Below, one piece after another: positions 27,631 through 36,601 of a stretch of DNA of 63,449 nucleotides. Positions within the stretch are counted from its first letter, which is position 1. Every line of letters starts with the position of its first letter. Position numbers and translations under genes: made by a program. The stretch spans positions 1 through 63,449 of the forward strand of contig JAZTWT010000011.1 in the NCBI GenBank assembly GCA_045636045.1, read 5' to 3'. The notes below the pieces were generated by a model that was given only the letters and a program-made list of their open reading frames with translations, had not been told where the DNA came from and ran no database searches. Source of the stretch: Candidatus Enterousia sp. (GTDB taxonomy: Bacteria > Pseudomonadota > Alphaproteobacteria > Rs-D84).

Positions 27631-28620
27631 TTATTTCCTTTGTTTTGTTGCCAATTTTGCAGAACGCACAACCAATTTTAATGCAAAATCACGCAATAAA
27701 ACCTCGCCCGGCATGCCGGTGGTGCGTAATTGGCGTTCCAGTTCATTTAACCGCATAAGAACAGCCGTTATTTCAGTTTCAGACCAAATCTTTATTGCGA
27801 TTTTAAATTTTTCTTCTACTTTCCAGAACAGGCGCGGTAATTGGCCGTTAACAACTGCTGTTTGCAGTTTCTTGAAATGTCCGTCCAACATGCGAATCAA
27901 CATGTTTGGTTCTTTGTTATCGTACAACAATCTGTCCAATGCCATCATTGTCTGTTGAATCAAACCAGCCGTCAGCGAATACAGAAAATCATCAATATCA
28001 GCAGCACCCGTATCAGGCAAGCATTTTTCAACATCTGATAATTCTACCACGCGTTTGTCGTCAACATACAAGGCGATTTTTCGCAAAAATCCACGCGTTA
28101 TACCACGATCACTGCCCAAATGTGTGGTCATATACGCCATCGCATCGGGGGTAATCTGTTGAATCCCAGACGATGCAGATAATTCATTGCGAATTAATGT
28201 CGCCAATGTTTTAGCATCATCCACATAGCATGCCAGGGCCGCCATATCATCTGCACCTTCGAACAGGGTGCGTAATCCACAGCCAGCACGCAAATCATCA
28301 CCGCGTACAATAACCATGGCACACAAGCCACTGTGCGCGACCAATTCAGATATATACTTCGCATCAGAATCGCCAGCATTGGATATGATAACCATCTTTT
28401 GACCGCCGAACATCGATGGAGAACATGCCTCGGCAAAAATAAAATCTTGTTTATCACGCAAATCATCGGCATCAATGGTCAATAAATTATCCTTGTCAAC
28501 AGACAGTTTCTTTATTGCCAACGCACAATATTCGTCGATTTGACCTGCATCTGGGCCGTAAATCAATACCGCACGAATTTTTTCAATACCTGTTTTAAAA
28601 TCAGTATCGCGCCACTTCAT
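27631..28620 (-). CDS. holA: DNA polymerase III delta subunit
   Basis: 329 aa. The N-terminus ..AVLIYGPD.. and overall helical architecture fit. The conserved lptE-holA neighbourhood is present, and the lptE stop overlaps this gene's ATG as TAATG. Confidence 0.7.
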   Translation of the reverse strand: MKWRDTDFKTGIEKIRAVLIYGPDAGQIDEYCALAIKKLSVDKDNLLTIDADDLRDKQDFIFAEACSPSMFGGQKMVIISNAGDSDAKYISELVAHSGLCAMVIVRGDDLRAGCGLRTLFEGADDMAALACYVDDAKTLATLIRNELSASSGIQQITPDAMAYMTTHLGSDRGITRGFLRKIALYVDDKRVVELSDVEKCLPDTGAADIDDFLYSLTAGLIQQTMMALDRLLYDNKEPNMLIRMLDGHFKKLQTAVVNGQLPRLFWKVEEKFKIAIKIWSETEITAVLMRLNELERQLRTTGMPGEVLLRDFALKLVVRSAKLATKQRK

Positions 28621-29105
28621 TATTTATTTGCACCTGTGTTTTCATGAGAATATTCGTATGTTTCTGCGATTGCACGCGTGCTGATTTTTTCCGCCAAAAC
28701 GCGAATTGCATTTTGAACCGCGTTATTGTATGACGCATTCGAAGCAACCAAATAACGAACAAATGTATAGGATTCTGCAGCACGTTCTGTACCAGATGCA
28801 ATTTGACGACCATTGTGATGCAATGTATATGATGCCGTTAATGATATTTCCTGCCAGGTGGCATCACCTGTTTGTTCCAATGCCTTGTACTGGGTGACGG
28901 GGGTGTCCAATCTTACATTCAGTGTGTATGTGGCGCCGGGTTCATGTTGTCCCCCAAAACGCGCCCACAATGCATTGCGTAAATCAATACCATTAATACC
29001 AGAAATTGGAGACACATAAATATCTGTATCCGTGCCGGAAAACATCGGTTTAAATCCACATGCAGATATTATTAATACTAATAAGATGGCAAAAAACTTT
29101 TTCAT
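28620..29105 (-). CDS. lptE: LPS-assembly lipoprotein LptE
   Basis: Lipobox LVLIISAC-G, ~160 aa, located directly upstream of holA. Confidence 0.65.
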   Translation of the reverse strand: MKKFFAILLVLIISACGFKPMFSGTDTDIYVSPISGINGIDLRNALWARFGGQHEPGATYTLNVRLDTPVTQYKALEQTGDATWQEISLTASYTLHHNGRQIASGTERAAESYTFVRYLVASNASYNNAVQNAIRVLAEKISTRAIAETYEYSHENTGANK

Positions 29106-29175
29106 GACACTATCCGTTTTTCCTGTTGCATTTTATTTGTATATTACCTAGACTTTTTATAAATCGCAAGGGGGA

Positions 29176-30420
29176 ATGATGAATATTTTTATCATGATTT
29201 TGGTCGCACTGTTTATGGCAGGATACTACATGATTGACAGCCCCAGTCAGCGTATAAAAATTCACGAGACAGAACATGCTGTAATGCAATCCGATCTGCG
29301 AACAATCGCACAATGCGCAACGGCGGTTCATAACGCCCAAATTAACGATGCAGAATTTAATGATATATGCATTGAACAGAATAATATCACCAGCAAATTT
29401 GTCTGTCTGGACAAAAGATTAAAAATTACAGAATGCACAGTTGTAAACAATAAAAAACCTGCGTTCAGTTATATCGTCACAACAACTGGTGTTCTGGATT
29501 CCAACATACATAACAATATGATGGAAATTTTGGAACAATATTATGCAGATTCTGGCACATTTGGTCTGTTTACAGATAAAACAATTATGTCTGGCGGAAC
29601 GGCTTTGAAACGCGTTGTACCTGCGGCAATCATAGAAGACATGAAATTACAAGATGGACAGTTGGTATATTTGACCCAATATGAAATGCCAGATACAGGA
29701 ACACAATATGAAATCGCAACAACACCTGATATTGTTTGCCCAACAGGCACAGCCAAGGTTTATAAGTTTGGGCGCTGGCAATGTATTACATACAATACCA
29801 AGACAGATTGTGGTGGCGATATGATTTGGGATTCCGATTTGTACGAGTGCGTACCAGACGAATCCAGAAAACCGCTGTGTGCAGAAAATCAATCTGCGGT
29901 CATGGTTGAAGAAGTATGGGAATGTATTAACCCGTTTCCTGAAAAAAGTTGTCCAGACAAAATGATTGCACGACTGAATTACAATACGCTGGAATGGGAA
30001 TGTGTCACAGACCCGACAATAGGCAATACCACAAAAAAATGTGGACATTTAATTGGTGATGCGGTTTATGGTGGCACATTAGGCGCAACCCTGCGCGTAC
30101 CACAAACTTCATGTACAGATTGCGAAGTGATGATAACAGATGCAGAGACATGTCGATCATGGTGCATCCCAGATCCAACAAAAATTAAAAATAAAAGTTG
30201 TTATCCCGGAGACGACCAAGAATGCGGTGGGAATGCGCGCGCGTTTTATTTTGGTTTCCCACACGCAAAATATGTCAGCAGGGTTGATGCAGTGAAAGAT
30301 ATATCTGTACCACTGGATTCATCCCATTCACAGAACAGAAAGTTTAATTGTATGGATTGTGGTGCACGCGGTATAGATACAGAAAATTCACGTCCACCGT
30401 ATGTTGTAGTATGTAATTAA
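29176..30420 (+). CDS. N-terminally anchored, cysteine-rich secreted protein (414 aa)
   Basis: TM/signal anchor MMNIFIMILVALFMAGYYMI. The body carries many Cys, including three W(Q/E)C(I/V) repeats (RWQCITY, VWECINP, EWECVTD). Confidence 0.5.
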   Translation: MMNIFIMILVALFMAGYYMIDSPSQRIKIHETEHAVMQSDLRTIAQCATAVHNAQINDAEFNDICIEQNNITSKFVCLDKRLKITECTVVNNKKPAFSYIVTTTGVLDSNIHNNMMEILEQYYADSGTFGLFTDKTIMSGGTALKRVVPAAIIEDMKLQDGQLVYLTQYEMPDTGTQYEIATTPDIVCPTGTAKVYKFGRWQCITYNTKTDCGGDMIWDSDLYECVPDESRKPLCAENQSAVMVEEVWECINPFPEKSCPDKMIARLNYNTLEWECVTDPTIGNTTKKCGHLIGDAVYGGTLGATLRVPQTSCTDCEVMITDAETCRSWCIPDPTKIKNKSCYPGDDQECGGNARAFYFGFPHAKYVSRVDAVKDISVPLDSSHSQNRKFNCMDCGARGIDTENSRPPYVVVCN

Positions 30421-30447
30421 AAAAGAACGCCCGATTGGGCGTTTTCT

Positions 30448-31020
30448 TTATTTTTGCAATTCTTTCAATTTCATTTTGATTTCAAACAAACGTTGTTCAA
30501 GATCGCGATGCTGAGAAAAATATTTATCGACATCATATTGTGCCTGGCTGACAAATTCTGGGGAACGACATATCGTATCAATATTGATTTCACAAGACCA
30601 AATTTTTTCTTCCAGGACAGACATACGAAATTCTATTTCTTCTGCCAAAACCATCAGTTCACGAATACGTGGCGCATTGATATGCATTTTGTACGCTGTG
30701 CTGTATACATCATTGAACTTATGAACATGTTGCAAATCTTGTTCAGCCAGATTTCCACGCAAAATCCTGTTTTGTATGCCCTGAAGTTGCAATTCTTTAT
30801 CTTCTAAATCATCTTCGGCCTCGCGTCGTTCTGATGGGTCGAATGTGCGACAATTCGAGATAACCTGGCGCAGTGCCTTGATATGATCTTGCAATATTGG
30901 TTGTTCATCTTTTGCACGCCGACCGGCTGCGACCTGCTGTTCCAATGGCGCGGCTTTGGCCTTTATAATAGAATTTAAGATATTAAACACTGCAAATGGT
31001 GCTTTTTTATGGTTCGACAT
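30448..31020 (-). CDS. hypothetical coiled-coil protein (190 aa)
   Basis: Long ORF with heptad-like charged sequence. No motif recognised. Confidence 0.4.
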   Translation of the reverse strand: MSNHKKAPFAVFNILNSIIKAKAAPLEQQVAAGRRAKDEQPILQDHIKALRQVISNCRTFDPSERREAEDDLEDKELQLQGIQNRILRGNLAEQDLQHVHKFNDVYSTAYKMHINAPRIRELMVLAEEIEFRMSVLEEKIWSCEINIDTICRSPEFVSQAQYDVDKYFSQHRDLEQRLFEIKMKLKELQK

Positions 31021-31136
31021 TTGTTCCCCCGTTTATATTTCACATTATATTATAGTACACAAACAAGATTTGTCAATACCAACATATAAAAACATAGGGG
31101 CTGATTCCCTGCCCCTATGTTTTGGCTTGTCTTTGT

Positions 31137-32726
31137 TTAATTTTCCGCGCGTGTAAACGCACCGCCGGTCAACATATCACGAACCGCAAAATGTTTAACC
31201 TTTTTCGCGGATGTTGACGGCAATTCTTCTTCGGTAATTGCAAAATGACGAACCCATTTATACTGGGCGATTTGCATATTGGATTTCTTAAGCAAGAATG
31301 CGACACGATCAATCGTTGTGCCCGGCTTTACCTGAAAGACCGCGAACGGGACGGTTTTATCCTTGATAACATATTCAAATACCGCTGCATTCAGGATTTC
31401 ATCATTTTGCATATACAGGTCTTCCAGTTCATCTGGATATACGTTCTTGCCACTGTCCAGAACAATAACCTGTTTTTGGCGCCCCTTGACCGTCAGACGA
31501 CCATATTTATCCAGGCACCCAATATCACCCGTTTTAAACCAACCATTTTCAAACGCTTCGGCATTGGCGGTATCGTTTTCTATATATCCTGGCATAACCA
31601 TATTGCCGCGAACCCAAATTTCACCAACACCATTTTTATCAGGGTTGTGAATCTGAATCTCGTTCCCAAGTAATGGCCCCGCATAGTACATAGAACCATC
31701 TGCACGACGAAATGCAAAGTTAAAGTTCGCAGGCCCCGTCGTTTCCGTCAGACCGTAACAATCACCAACAACAAAGCCCATGCTTTCATAAAACTTGCGA
31801 ATTGACGGCTTTAATGTCGCACCGGCAGATACCAAAACCCGGGTATTGCCGCCAAACGCATCGTGAACAGGTTTTGTCACTTTGTCCACCAGTTTTCCCA
31901 AACCAATCGCACGCAATACACGACGCATTGACACAATTACGCGCATCAATGTCCAAACGTGTTTCTCGCGCGCACTGTCCACAATCTTTTTATAGAACAC
32001 TTCCCAGATACGTGGAACAGCCGGTATAACCTCAGGACGGTATTGTTTAAAATCTTTGATAAATTCCTGGGGCTTTAGCACGGGTTGCAATAATAGTTTA
32101 CCCTGTAACGCAACTGGGACAATAATGTTAATAACCACACCATATATATGATACAGTGGTAAAAATCCATAGAAGGTATAACCGGGCAGTATTACATCCT
32201 TGTAAAATTGCGCACCATCGGCCAACGATATTAAATTTTCATGGGTCAAGCCTACAACCTTAGGATTACCAGTTGAACCAGATGTAAATGATAACTGCGC
32301 AATATCACTGCGTTCTGTTTCTGCCATCACAAAATCATTTTCATCAGTGTCGTCAATATTTTCAATATCAAACATTTCGCATGGAGAATCTTCGATAAAC
32401 ATGGAACGTTGTGCCATAACCAATTTACAATCCGTGCGCTTCATCATGTTGATATGTTCTGTTGTTTGCAGACCAGTATCCAACATCAATGCACGTGCGC
32501 CCTGGGATGTGATTGCAAAATATGTGCGTACAAAATCGGGGGTATTGCCAGATAAAATCGCGACAGTATCACCTTTTTTAATACCAAAACGTTGCGCCAA
32601 TAAAACAGCACGGCGTTTTACCTTCTTTAATAAATCTGCATAGGTTTCATTCTGACGTACCAGGAAAATACCATCCAGATTCCGCGAACATACATCTTGC
32701 AGCATTTCGTATATATTTTTAATCAT
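31137..32726 (-). CDS. AMP-dependent synthetase/ligase (long-chain acyl-CoA synthetase-like)
   Basis: AMP-binding signature FTSGSTGNPKVV, YGLTET, TGDIG..D..G and the terminal lysine region. Confidence 0.85.
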   Translation of the reverse strand: MIKNIYEMLQDVCSRNLDGIFLVRQNETYADLLKKVKRRAVLLAQRFGIKKGDTVAILSGNTPDFVRTYFAITSQGARALMLDTGLQTTEHINMMKRTDCKLVMAQRSMFIEDSPCEMFDIENIDDTDENDFVMAETERSDIAQLSFTSGSTGNPKVVGLTHENLISLADGAQFYKDVILPGYTFYGFLPLYHIYGVVINIIVPVALQGKLLLQPVLKPQEFIKDFKQYRPEVIPAVPRIWEVFYKKIVDSAREKHVWTLMRVIVSMRRVLRAIGLGKLVDKVTKPVHDAFGGNTRVLVSAGATLKPSIRKFYESMGFVVGDCYGLTETTGPANFNFAFRRADGSMYYAGPLLGNEIQIHNPDKNGVGEIWVRGNMVMPGYIENDTANAEAFENGWFKTGDIGCLDKYGRLTVKGRQKQVIVLDSGKNVYPDELEDLYMQNDEILNAAVFEYVIKDKTVPFAVFQVKPGTTIDRVAFLLKKSNMQIAQYKWVRHFAITEEELPSTSAKKVKHFAVRDMLTGGAFTRAEN

Positions 32727-32842
32727 AATTATGCCTTACCTTATTAAACATAAATACAACCACCATGGTTGCTACGTACTGAATATAGCCATTTCTGACA
32801 GGAAAAACAACCTATAATTCACATACATACTTTTGACAAAAA

Positions 32843-32890
32843 ACACAATATATAGTCACTGATTCGCAAAATACGAACTATATTTTGTAA
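32843..32890 (+). promoter_or_regulatory. pair of NrdR-box-like palindromes (distal)
   Basis: ACACAATATATAGTCA (32843-32858) and GAACTATATTTTGTAA (32875-32890). Both fit the core C-w-A-t-A-T-a-T-w-G, with centres 32 nt apart. Confidence 0.5.
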
Positions 32891-33073
32891 AAATCAAGTT
32901 TAACCGAATCGTTTCCCATTCATAAAAAAACTTTTTTTATACACAAAAGAGTTCTTGGTACAGATTTACCGATTCTGTTATCGGGCTGTGACATGCGGAA
33001 TTTCAACCTTTTTAAAAGTAAAGTAAAAAATAATTTTTTTTTGCTTTTTTAAGTATTGATACTTTTTTTCGAT

Positions 33074-33122
33074 TCACTATATATTGTTATCGAAACAAAC
33101 AAATAACCACTATATGTTGTGT
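33074..33122 (+). promoter_or_regulatory. pair of NrdR-box-like palindromes overlapping the nrdD promoter (proximal)
   Basis: TCACTATATATTGTTA (33074-33089) and CCACTATATGTTGTGT (33107-33122), with centres 33 nt apart. TTGATA (33056-33061), then 16 nt, then TATATA lies inside the first of these two boxes. Confidence 0.6.
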
Positions 33123-33146
33123 TTTTAGAAGATTGGAGTTAGTAAA

Positions 33147-35183
33147 ATGTCAGAAACACAAAATGAAATTCAAATTCAGATTACACCAACGTTGAAAACG
33201 CGCCTGGTTGCGGTGCAAAAACGCAGTGGAGAAACTGTGCCTTTTGATTCTAAAAAGATTTATGAAGCGATTAAAAAGGCGGTTGCGGTCACGATGGAAA
33301 TATCAGATGTAGAAGTCGTAAAAGTGACACAAGATGTTTTAAAGCGTCTGGATGATAAGTTTGCAAATAAAACACCAACAGTTGAAGCCATCCAGGATAT
33401 TGTTATTCAGGCGTTAATGGATGCGCGCGCATACAAAACAGCCGAGGCATATATTATCTATCGCCAGAAACGTACAGAAATTCGCGAATCTATGGTTGAC
33501 GCAGTTGATATTATAGAAGGTTATGTTGGTGGCGCAAACTGGCGCATCAAAGAGAATGCAAATGTCGGCTATTCCATCGGTGGGCTGATATTGCGTACCA
33601 GCGAACGCGTCACCGCGGAATATTGGTTGAACCTGTATCCGCGGGCGGTTGCTGAGGCACACAAGACAGCTGCAATTCATGTCCATGATTTAGGCTGGTT
33701 GACAGGATATTGTGCAGGCTGGTCATTACGTGAACTGTTATACGAAGGTTTTAATGGGGTTGACGGATATTTGCAGTGCGAACCTGCGCGTCATATGGCA
33801 ACTGCTATTTCACACATGGTAAACTTCTTGGGCACATTACAGAATGAATTTGCAGGTGCCCAGGCATTCTCGTCTGTAGATACATATTTGGCACCATATG
33901 TCAAATTAGATAATCTGTCATATGCAGATGTAAAAAATGCGATGCAGACACTTATCTTTAACTGCGCTGTGCCATGTCGCTGGGGTACACAGACACCATT
34001 TATTAACTTTACATTTGACTGGACATGCCCAGAAGATTTAAAAGCACAACACCCATTTATTGGTCGCAACCAGGTGGATTTCACATATGGTGAACTGCAG
34101 GCGGAAATGGATATGATTAACAAAGCGTTTCTGGAGGTTATGACCGAAGGAGATGCATTGGGTCGCCCATTTACTTTCCCGATTCCAACATATAATATTA
34201 CACCGGATTTCCCATGGGAACACCCAAATGTGAAGCCTTTGTTTGAATTGGCGGCAAAATATGGTATTCCAAATTTCCAGAATTTTTTGAATTCTGATTT
34301 AAACCCGACGGACGTTCGTTCAATGTGCTGTCGTCTGCGTTTGGATGTACGCGAGCTGTTGAAACGCGGTGGCGGTTTATTTGGGTCGGCAGAAAAGACG
34401 GGGTCAATCGGTGTTATTACAATTAATTTGGCACGTCTGGGGTATATACATCGTGGCAATCGCGAAGGGTTGTTTACAGAACTGAAACGCTTGCTGGATT
34501 TGGGGCGTGATGCACTGGAAATCAAGCGCGACATTATATCCAAGAACATGGAACGTGGGTTGTATCCGTTTACAAAGCGCTATTTAGGTGATTGGAACCA
34601 TCATTTTTCAACCATTGGTGTGAACGGTGCAAATGAAATGGTTCGCAACTTTACAGGTGACCGTGAAAATATCGCGACACCAATGGGTAAAAAGTTGGTT
34701 TTGGATGTAATGGACTTTATCCGTGAAAATCTGGCCACGTTCCAAGAACAGACAGGCAACCTGTATAATCTGGAGGCAACCCCAGCCGAGGGATGTTCAT
34801 ATCGCTTTGCCAAGACAGATGTTAAAAACTTTCCGGATATTATTACAGCAGGAACCAAGGATGCACCATATTACACAAATTCAACACAGTTGCCGGTGAA
34901 CTTTACAGACGATCCATTCGTCGCATTGGAACACCAGGAAGAATTACAACGCAAATACACAGGTGGTACAATGTTGCATCTATACATGGGGGAACCTGTG
35001 TCCAGCGGGGATGCAGCACAGAAAATTGTGCGCACGATTTTTGAAAACTATAAAGTGCCATATATGACATTGACACCGACATTTTCAATCTGTCCAAAGC
35101 ACGGATACCTGCCGGGCAAGCATGAATTCTGTCCAAAATGCGATGCTGAAAATGCCGCAAACCAGGACAAAAACGAACAATAA
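33147..35183 (+). CDS. nrdD: anaerobic (class III) ribonucleoside-triphosphate reductase, large polypeptide lacking the glycyl-radical motif
   Basis: ATP-cone N-terminus (VQKRSGETVPFDSKKIYEAI), the NrdD core, and a C-terminal Zn site CPKH..(10)..CPKC. It stops (TAA 35181-35183) before any RxxG[YF] motif. Confidence 0.9.
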   Translation: MSETQNEIQIQITPTLKTRLVAVQKRSGETVPFDSKKIYEAIKKAVAVTMEISDVEVVKVTQDVLKRLDDKFANKTPTVEAIQDIVIQALMDARAYKTAEAYIIYRQKRTEIRESMVDAVDIIEGYVGGANWRIKENANVGYSIGGLILRTSERVTAEYWLNLYPRAVAEAHKTAAIHVHDLGWLTGYCAGWSLRELLYEGFNGVDGYLQCEPARHMATAISHMVNFLGTLQNEFAGAQAFSSVDTYLAPYVKLDNLSYADVKNAMQTLIFNCAVPCRWGTQTPFINFTFDWTCPEDLKAQHPFIGRNQVDFTYGELQAEMDMINKAFLEVMTEGDALGRPFTFPIPTYNITPDFPWEHPNVKPLFELAAKYGIPNFQNFLNSDLNPTDVRSMCCRLRLDVRELLKRGGGLFGSAEKTGSIGVITINLARLGYIHRGNREGLFTELKRLLDLGRDALEIKRDIISKNMERGLYPFTKRYLGDWNHHFSTIGVNGANEMVRNFTGDRENIATPMGKKLVLDVMDFIRENLATFQEQTGNLYNLEATPAEGCSYRFAKTDVKNFPDIITAGTKDAPYYTNSTQLPVNFTDDPFVALEHQEELQRKYTGGTMLHLYMGEPVSSGDAAQKIVRTIFENYKVPYMTLTPTFSICPKHGYLPGKHEFCPKCDAENAANQDKNEQ

Positions 35184-35226
35184 AAGTTAACGTCATAAGA
35201 CAAATCATAAAAGGGAGGAAAATATT

Positions 35227-35409
35227 ATGACCAATACAGCAAACAGAACACCATGCGAAATCTTTTCTCGTTCAATGGGATTCATTCGCCCAGTTAAGAA
35301 TTTCAATATTGGTAAATATTCTGAATTCTGTGAACGCAAAACATTTACGGAAGAGAACAGCCTGAGTGCAGGTCAGCGCCATTATGATTTGTTAAAGCGT
35401 GCGGCGTAG
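35227..35409 (+). CDS. stand-alone glycyl-radical peptide corresponding to the NrdD C-terminus (60 aa)
   Basis: Strong SD AAGGGAGG lies 8 nt before the ATG. CEIFSRSMGFIRPVKNFNIGKYSEFCERKTF matches the class III signature (..R..G[YF]..P...[FW]N.GK..E...R). It is in a different frame from nrdD. Confidence 0.7.
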   Translation: MTNTANRTPCEIFSRSMGFIRPVKNFNIGKYSEFCERKTFTEENSLSAGQRHYDLLKRAA

Positions 35410-35414
35410 TTATC

Positions 35415-36116
35415 ATGCGCGATATTCAAATTGGGGGATTGGTATCATTCACAACAATTGATTACCCAGGGAAATTGGCTGCGGTTTTATTTCTGGTGGG
35501 ATGTCCATTGAAATGTGCATATTGTTCCAATCCCCATTTATTATGCCCAGGCAATGGTGATTATGACCCGGAACGTGTTATGGACTGGATTCGGTCACGC
35601 GTTGGTAAATTAGAAGCTATTGTCTTTTCCGGTGGCGAAGCATTAATGCAAGGCGCAACCACAATTGATTATATGAAACGCATTCGTGATTTGGGATTTA
35701 AGATTGGTCTGCACACAAATGGATTTTATCCCAATACACTGTCGGATGCGATTGATACTGTTGACTGGGTTGGATTAGATTTTAAGGCAACGTACGATAA
35801 ATATCCAGACCTGACCGGACAACATATTGCATACAATAATATGTTGCGCAGTTTAGACATATTAATAGAACACAACAAGGATTTTGAAGTTCGCATAACA
35901 TGCGATCCACGTTTTATCGACAAATCAAATCTGATGGAAATTATGGATATTTTGTTGGAACGCGGCGTAAAAAATGTTGCGATTCAGAAATATATTCCAC
36001 ACTTTGAGGACACAGAACATCAAACGACAGATGTGATGCGTAATCAGTTCTTTGATGATACAGATTTAAGAAACAAGATAAATGCTATGTTTAAATCTGT
36101 TGTTTGGCGCGAATAA
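35415..36116 (+). CDS. nrdG: anaerobic ribonucleotide reductase activating protein (radical SAM)
   Basis: CxxxCxxC motif GCPLKCAYCSNP and FSGGE, located directly downstream of nrdD. Confidence 0.88.
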   Translation: MRDIQIGGLVSFTTIDYPGKLAAVLFLVGCPLKCAYCSNPHLLCPGNGDYDPERVMDWIRSRVGKLEAIVFSGGEALMQGATTIDYMKRIRDLGFKIGLHTNGFYPNTLSDAIDTVDWVGLDFKATYDKYPDLTGQHIAYNNMLRSLDILIEHNKDFEVRITCDPRFIDKSNLMEIMDILLERGVKNVAIQKYIPHFEDTEHQTTDVMRNQFFDDTDLRNKINAMFKSVVWRE

Positions 36117-36120
36117 AAAA

Positions 36121-36144
36121 CGGTACAAATTGTACCGTTTTTTT
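36121..36144. terminator. bidirectional terminator CGGTACAA-A-TTGTACCG
   Basis: A perfect palindrome flanked by A6 and T7, between the convergent nrdG and orf135. Confidence 0.8.
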
Positions 36145-36550
36145 ATCGTGACTTACTGACAACGCGACGCCATTTTGCATCCAACTCTGCATTTCCTGTG
36201 ATACGCTGTTCAATAATAACCCATGAAGTCCAATTTTTAAATAATTCATCTGCACGCACGCGGTCAGAATCTGCAATTTCCAGACGACCAGCGGTGGATT
36301 TAATGCCATCATATGCATTTGAATATTTGATTCCCAAATCCGATAACAAGCGCCCCAACCGTGTTGCCAGTTCATGTGTCGAGAATTCAAAACCAGACAC
36401 AGGCTTGCCATCAAAATCTTTCATATTATGGTTATAATGCGCGGTATCTGTGCCGGCATTTCTTGAAATATCATTCAGCCGTGATATAACATCGCCATAA
36501 GTAATCACACGTGATGCGGCCTGGTTAAATTTTTCTTTTTTGTCTGTCAT
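36143..36550 (-). CDS. hypothetical protein (135 aa) downstream of the OLD nuclease
   Basis: ATG at 36550 with SD AAGGA, 51 nt after the OLD stop. No recognisable motif. Confidence 0.45.
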   Translation of the reverse strand: MTDKKEKFNQAASRVITYGDVISRLNDISRNAGTDTAHYNHNMKDFDGKPVSGFEFSTHELATRLGRLLSDLGIKYSNAYDGIKSTAGRLEIADSDRVRADELFKNWTSWVIIEQRITGNAELDAKWRRVVSKSR

Positions 36551-36601
36551 GATTAATCCTTGGTTTATTATATGGTATCACAAAAAATGCTCTGATTCAA
36601 A

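Noticed and set aside
33791-34549. 252-aa antisense ORF inside nrdD. Similar long antisense ORFs lie inside lpxI (22393-22923), parC (42367-42882), the 586-aa gene (46145-46723), hsdM (56969-57448) and the island orf232 (59329-59826).
   Set aside because: Each lies entirely within a well-supported gene on the other strand. They have biased, low-complexity composition and no SD.
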